Part shown: positions 37,772-42,161 of the stretch, piece by piece
How positions within the stretch are numbered: the first letter of the stretch is position 1
Layout: every line of letters starts with the position of its first letter
From: Candidatus Peribacteria bacterium RIFCSPHIGHO2_02_FULL_53_20
Lineage (GTDB): Bacteria > Patescibacteriota > Gracilibacteria > Peribacterales > Peribacteraceae
Length of the DNA: 42,161 nt
NCBI GenBank assembly: GCA_001787585.1
Contig: MFXW01000047.1
Location: 1 to 42,161 of the forward strand
Reading direction: 5' to 3'
The notes under the pieces: generated by a model
The model's database searches: none
What the model saw: the letters and a program-made list of their open reading frames with translations, nothing else
Told to the model about the DNA's origin: nothing
Translations under genes and position numbers: made by a program

Positions 37772-38740
37772 ATGGTAAAAATTATCGCCGAACTCTGCCA
37801 AAACCACTGCGGCGACCGCTTGCTTCTTTCGGAAATGATTGCTGCTGCAGCCGAAAACGGCGCGGACATCGTCAAATCCCAGATTATCTTCTCCGAAGAC
37901 CTCATGCATCGACCACAGTTTGATGAAGGAAAAATCCTCTCAGACGGCACCGTTATTACGATCAAGCGCCCATATGCCGCGGAATATGAACGACTGAAGG
38001 TGCTCGATCTCGCAGAGGACGACCATCGGTTCTTCATCGATGAATGCAAACGCAGGAAAGTCCTTCCGATGACTACTATCTTCAGCCGCAATCGTATTCT
38101 GTTTGCCGCTTCCCTGCCCTGGCCGCGTCGCATTGTAAAAGTCGCCAGCTATGACTGTGCAAGTTTTCCGATGCTCGAGGAGCTTGCAGAGCGCTTTGAC
38201 CATGTCTACATTTCCACAGGCGCAACGTTCGACGAAGAAATCGCGAAGACTGCGGATATCATGCACAAAGCCGGAAGAACATTCTCACTGCTCCACTGCG
38301 TGACGAGTTACCCGAATACGATGGAGATGTGCAATCTCCGCCGCATGCAGTGGCTCAAGCAATTCACGCCCTCCATTGGTTGGTCTGACCATACGCTTGT
38401 GAAGCGTGACGGTCTCAAGGCGAGCAAAGCGGCAATCGCCCTTGGAGCGGATGTGATTGAGCGGCACTTCACCATCCTTCCCGAAGACAAAACCAAAGAT
38501 GGTCCTGTTTCGATCACACCTGCGATGCTGAAGGAATTGAAAGAATTTTCTGCGCTTGATGTCGCGACCCAGACAAAGGAAATCCGGAAAGAGATCCCCG
38601 ATTGGGAAACGATCCTCGGTACTGAAACACGACCATTAACGCCGACAGAGCTGCTGAATCGCGATTATTACCGTGGGCGGTTTGCGAGCAAGGTGAATGA
38701 CCAATGGGTGTATAACTGGGAACGCGCAGCGATCATATAA
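37772..38740 (+). CDS. NeuB-family synthase lacking the SAF domain (NeuB3)
   Basis: IIAELCQNHCGD, VKVASYD, ISTGA, LHCVTSYP, GWSDHT, IERHFT. Start at ATG 37772 because the longer ORF starts inside the repeat. Confidence 0.88.
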   Translation: MVKIIAELCQNHCGDRLLLSEMIAAAAENGADIVKSQIIFSEDLMHRPQFDEGKILSDGTVITIKRPYAAEYERLKVLDLAEDDHRFFIDECKRRKVLPMTTIFSRNRILFAASLPWPRRIVKVASYDCASFPMLEELAERFDHVYISTGATFDEEIAKTADIMHKAGRTFSLLHCVTSYPNTMEMCNLRRMQWLKQFTPSIGWSDHTLVKRDGLKASKAAIALGADVIERHFTILPEDKTKDGPVSITPAMLKELKEFSALDVATQTKEIRKEIPDWETILGTETRPLTPTELLNRDYYRGRFASKVNDQWVYNWERAAII

Positions 38741-38749
38741 CGGAGATTC

Positions 38750-38779
38750 CCGATACACCGATACACCGATATCCGATAT
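38750..38779. repeat. Short 7-8-mer tandem repeat, intergenic
   Basis: CCGATACA CCGATACA CCGATAT CCGATAT. Confidence 0.6.
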
Positions 38780-38792
38780 TCTCATCGCAGCA

Positions 38793-39503
38793 ATGACACG
38801 CACGCCCTCTGTCCTCGGCATCATTACTGCTCGCAGCGGCAGCAAAGGCATCCCGAATAAAAATATCGCGCCGCTCAAAGGCAAACCCCTCATCGTCTAT
38901 ACGATTGAAGCGGTACAGAACAGTAAACTCCTCACGCGTACCGTTGTTTCCACAGATAGCGAGGAGATCGCCTCGATCGCAAAGAAGCATGGTGCGGAAG
39001 TGCCGTTCCTGCGCCCTGCGGAACTCTCGACGGACAGCGCCCTCGCTCTCGACGTTCTCGCCCATGCGATCACACACTGCAAGGAACACGACGACCAATC
39101 GTATGATTACGTCATGATGCTCCAACCGACTTCTCCGCTGCGGACGGGCGAAGACATCGACGCCTGCATTCGCATCGCCGCCGAAACCGACGCCGACTCC
39201 GTCTTCAGTATGAAAGAGCTGCCCGACTTCGCTCCGCAGAAGATCAAGACGATTGAGAATGGCGAGATCAAGCCCTTCATTGCGGAGGAAAAAGGACAGT
39301 CCGCTCCACGTCACAAAGCCAAAAAAGCCTATAAGAGAAACTGTGCCGTGTACCTCACGCGCACAAATCTGATTCTCAAGGGTGATCAGTTCGGCAAGAA
39401 ATCGATGGCGTACGTGATGCCCCAGGAACGCAGTATCGACATCAATGATCCTGTGGATCTGGAACTGGCGGAGTTTTGGATGAAGAAACTCAACATGCTC
39501 TAA
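38793..39503 (+). CDS. neuA: Acylneuraminate cytidylyltransferase (NeuA2)
   Basis: ITARSGSKGIPNKN, VSTD, PFLRPAELSTD, LQPTSPLR, SIDIND. Confidence 0.92.
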   Translation: MTRTPSVLGIITARSGSKGIPNKNIAPLKGKPLIVYTIEAVQNSKLLTRTVVSTDSEEIASIAKKHGAEVPFLRPAELSTDSALALDVLAHAITHCKEHDDQSYDYVMMLQPTSPLRTGEDIDACIRIAAETDADSVFSMKELPDFAPQKIKTIENGEIKPFIAEEKGQSAPRHKAKKAYKRNCAVYLTRTNLILKGDQFGKKSMAYVMPQERSIDINDPVDLELAEFWMKKLNML

Positions 39504-39506
39504 GCC

Positions 39507-39703
39507 GGTGGGGTTCCGCGCGCCACGGGGGGTGAAGGGGGAGGCCCTGTTTTCCGTCCGCCTCAGCGGACGGAAGTCGAGCCGGGAATGCCGAATCCTT
39601 GCAGGCGTTCCCGGCGAGACACAGGGCCGGGCGGAGGGGTTCTGGCGCGCGGTGGGCTTTTCTTTGCTACTTTCTTTTGTCCGGCAGACAAAAGAAAGTA
39701 GAT
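39507..39703. ncRNA. Structured dispersed repeat / candidate ncRNA, copy 2
   Basis: Nested stems CCGCGCGCCA/TGGCGCGCGG and GGCCCTGT/ACAGGGCC, two inner hairpins, and the terminal hairpin CTACTTTCTTTTGTC-CGGCA-GACAAAAGAAAGTAG. Confidence 0.6.
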
Positions 39704-39761
39704 CTCGAATACATGGCAAATGCGGTTTAATTATCACTGCGTACGCTACAATTTCTTCGCA

Positions 39762-40709
39762 ATGCCTCTAAAAATTTTATGCACCGTCGGCGACGCCTAC
39801 CCCGCAGAAGCTAAAAGCATTCTGGAATCCATCGGCACCGTTGACTACGCACTGCCTACGCAAAAACAGATTGCCAAAATCATCGGCAAGTACGATGCCG
39901 TCGTCGCACAACTTGGAGTGACTTTCAGTGAGGAAGTCCTGAAGCATGCGAAGAAACTCCGTGTCATCGCAAGCGCCACGACGGCGACGGACCATATCGA
40001 CCATGCAGCAGCGAAGAAACGCGACATCAGGGTCATCAGCCTCAAAGGGGAAACCGCATTCCTGAAAACCATCCCCTCTACGGCAGAGCACACATGGGGA
40101 CTGCTCCTTGCGCTGCTGCGTCACATCGTCCCCGCATCGAACGCTGTTATAGGGGGAACATGGAACGGAAAGCCTTTTGCAGGTACGGAGCTTCAGGGAA
40201 AGACTCTCGGAATCATTGGCGTAGGGCGACTGGGGACGATTGTTGCCGGCTACGGAAAGGCATTCGGATTGCATGTCATCGGTTGTGATCTGAAGAAAAT
40301 CCCGCAATCGGTATGCAAGCAGGTGCCGATGGATATGCTTCTGCGCACGAGCGACATCGTCTCTTTGCATGTGCACCTCACGCCGGAAACAAAGAACATG
40401 ATCGGAGCTGCCGAACTCAACAAGATGAGACCAACCGCGGTTCTCATCAATGCCGCCCGCGGCGGCATCGTCGATCACGATGCACTCTTGCGGGCACTCA
40501 AATCTAAAACAATAGCGGGCTACGCCGCCGACGTGCTTGCGGGGGAAATGCAATTCGGCACAGATAGTTCCGCGCATCCTCTGGTGCGGTACGCCAAAAC
40601 ACATGCCAACGTTCTTCTGACGCCGCACATCGGTGGGCGCACAACAGAAGCTAGGAGGAAAACCGACGTCTTTATCGCAGAGAAACTCAGGATTGCGCTC
40701 ACTCCATAA
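39762..40709 (+). CDS. D-isomer-specific 2-hydroxyacid dehydrogenase
   Basis: TAEHT, ELQGKTLGIIGVGRLG, INAARGGIVD, LLTPHIGG. Confidence 0.92.
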   Translation: MPLKILCTVGDAYPAEAKSILESIGTVDYALPTQKQIAKIIGKYDAVVAQLGVTFSEEVLKHAKKLRVIASATTATDHIDHAAAKKRDIRVISLKGETAFLKTIPSTAEHTWGLLLALLRHIVPASNAVIGGTWNGKPFAGTELQGKTLGIIGVGRLGTIVAGYGKAFGLHVIGCDLKKIPQSVCKQVPMDMLLRTSDIVSLHVHLTPETKNMIGAAELNKMRPTAVLINAARGGIVDHDALLRALKSKTIAGYAADVLAGEMQFGTDSSAHPLVRYAKTHANVLLTPHIGGRTTEARRKTDVFIAEKLRIALTP

Positions 40710-40841
40710 CAGAGAGAAATGCCTGCCTGAAAGAGGCAAGATGAATGCATTTTTTTCTCTATCCATAGCCATTTATTGCTTTTACTTCTCCGTGCAATCT
40801 TCTGTTGCATTCACTATGGCAACCTGACAAACTGCAGCCTC

Positions 40842-41603
40842 ATGGAGCAAACGAAACCGGCTACGGCCACGTCCGTTCACGAACACGCCCTTCTGAAAAA
40901 AGTACTCCGCACACTGCACTTGTGGGAGTTTGGTTATCACGTTCGAGAATTTTTCTGCCAGTTGCTTCGTGTGGATTACATCCGACGCCTTGTGGACATT
41001 GTTCGATACCTGTATTACGCAGGTCTTCTGCGCCGCATGAGAATATTGGAACCCGATGGTCTGCGCGTGGATGCAGTGAAGCACAATATGGCACAAATGA
41101 GGAAGTGGATGGGAGTTTCACGGTCCAATCATTTGCTGTACCCGCTCTCGGCTCTCCATCTTAGTAAGGCCTCTCCGGTGCTCAGTATCGGTCCGCGCAC
41201 AGAGGGGGAGATTTTAAATCTCATGGCGATGGGATTTCACAACGTTCGGGCCGTTGACCTTATTTCTTATTCGCCATGGGTCGATCTTGGGGATATGCAC
41301 GCGATGCCTTACAAAGATCATGAGTTTGCAATCGTCATCATGGGATGGGTGCTCGCGTACAGTCTTACGCAGGAAAAAGCAGCTCAGGAGGTTATCCGCG
41401 TCACGCGCAACGGCGGCATCATCGTAGTGGGGGTTCAGTATCACACAAAGACTCTGAAGCAATTTTACAAAAAACTGGAATCTGTGCAGGAGATTCTTGC
41501 GCTTTTTGCTCCTCATGTCGATCGTGTCCTTTTTTCGCAGGATCTCCCCGATCATCCCTGCACCAAATGGGAACTCATGGTGATGTTTTCCATCAAGAAA
41601 TGA
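40842..41603 (+). CDS. Putative class I SAM-dependent methyltransferase-fold protein
   Basis: VLSIGPRTEGE, VDL...GDMHAMPY, GWVLAYS, EVIRVTRNGG. Confidence 0.68.
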   Translation: MEQTKPATATSVHEHALLKKVLRTLHLWEFGYHVREFFCQLLRVDYIRRLVDIVRYLYYAGLLRRMRILEPDGLRVDAVKHNMAQMRKWMGVSRSNHLLYPLSALHLSKASPVLSIGPRTEGEILNLMAMGFHNVRAVDLISYSPWVDLGDMHAMPYKDHEFAIVIMGWVLAYSLTQEKAAQEVIRVTRNGGIIVVGVQYHTKTLKQFYKKLESVQEILALFAPHVDRVLFSQDLPDHPCTKWELMVMFSIKK

Positions 41604-41658
41604 CCACAACCGCAGCGTGGTCATGTTCATCATGAAGCCGTATGGTTATACTCCGCAC

Positions 41659-42161
41659 ATGGCACTCGATATTTCGCTTGTAGAAAGCATTCCCGGATGG
41701 CTCACACGGAGAGAGGCAAATCTCCTGTATAACTTTGCCCGGCGGTGCACCGGCAAAGGAGTGATCCTCGAAATCGGGTCATGGAAAGGAAAATCCACCG
41801 TCTGCCTCGCACAGGGATCGCGCGACGGAGCCGGGGTACCGGTACATGCCGTCGACCCGTTCACCGGCTCCTCCGAGCATGGACAGGTCTTCACCTTCCC
41901 GGAATTCCAAGACAATATTCAGCGCTCGGGAGTCTCATCACTGATTGTTCCTCACAAAAAAACGTCAGAGGGAGCGGCACAAGGATGGACGAAACCCATA
42001 GAGCTTCTATGGATTGATGGAGCACACGAGGAGGAATTCGTCCGGCTGGACTACACCCTATGGGCACCCCACCTCGTACAAGGCGGCGTCATCGCCTTTC
42101 ATGATTCCACCGATCCCGGCGTCTGGCCGGTTATCGATGCGTTCCTCTTCATGGGGAATTC
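41659..42161 (+). CDS. Class I SAM-dependent methyltransferase (Methyltransf_24-like); runs off the right edge
   Basis: Manual translation: MALDISLVESIPGWL...ILEIGSWKGKST...AVDPF...IELLWIDGAHEEE...GGVIAFHD. Confidence 0.88.
   Translation, partial: MALDISLVESIPGWLTRREANLLYNFARRCTGKGVILEIGSWKGKSTVCLAQGSRDGAGVPVHAVDPFTGSSEHGQVFTFPEFQDNIQRSGVSSLIVPHKKTSEGAAQGWTKPIELLWIDGAHEEEFVRLDYTLWAPHLVQGGVIAFHDSTDPGVWPVIDAFLFMGN

Noticed and set aside
38733-40772. Long minus-strand ORFs (334 and 331 aa) and similar shadow ORFs elsewhere
   Set aside because: They are antisense to well-supported genes and have no recognisable motifs, as expected for shadow frames in moderately GC-rich coding DNA.
1-42161. Alternative genetic code (TGA = Gly/Trp)
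   Set aside because: Conserved genes are full length in the standard code, and several (gmd, neuB2, neuC, hisH) end at TGA at the expected C-terminus.

Overview
A 42 kb bacterial surface-glycan region. The taxonomy is an inference: the DUF4215-type Cys-rich surface protein and the gene style suggest a CPR/Patescibacteria (Peribacteria-like) genome using the standard code. The left part (1-18.3 kb) holds a GT2-GtrA fusion (partial), an NAD-dependent epimerase, orphan cassettes with their own promoters (one a divergent ClpP-like protein), a ~1100-aa Cys-rich surface protein, an FAD oxidoreductase, GtrA, an NDP-sugar dehydrogenase, a CotH/beta-helix protein, gmd, a deacetylase, a CDP-sugar epimerase-like SDR and a PhyH-like dioxygenase. 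The right part (18.4-42.2 kb) is a large nonulosonic-acid cluster: three NeuB, two NeuA, NeuC, a NeuD-type acetyltransferase, a DegT aminotransferase, a 4,6-dehydratase, a WbuX-HisH-HisF amidotransferase trio, a class III aminotransferase, two KpsS-like transferases and other tailoring enzymes. The most unusual features are non-coding. (1) Two copies of a ~200-235 nt multi-stem element with compensatory base changes flank the neuB3-neuA2 pair. (2) A diverged duplicate of the epimerase 3' end brackets a promoter-plus-orphan cassette. (3) A heptamer-repeat hairpin occurs once intergenically and once in-frame inside a gene. (4) Several different REP-like and short tandem-repeat elements occupy the intergenic gaps. 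(5) About 15 genes have a TAnnnT box 6-9 nt before the start codon, suggesting leaderless expression. No tRNA, rRNA, CRISPR array, transposase or integrase was seen.
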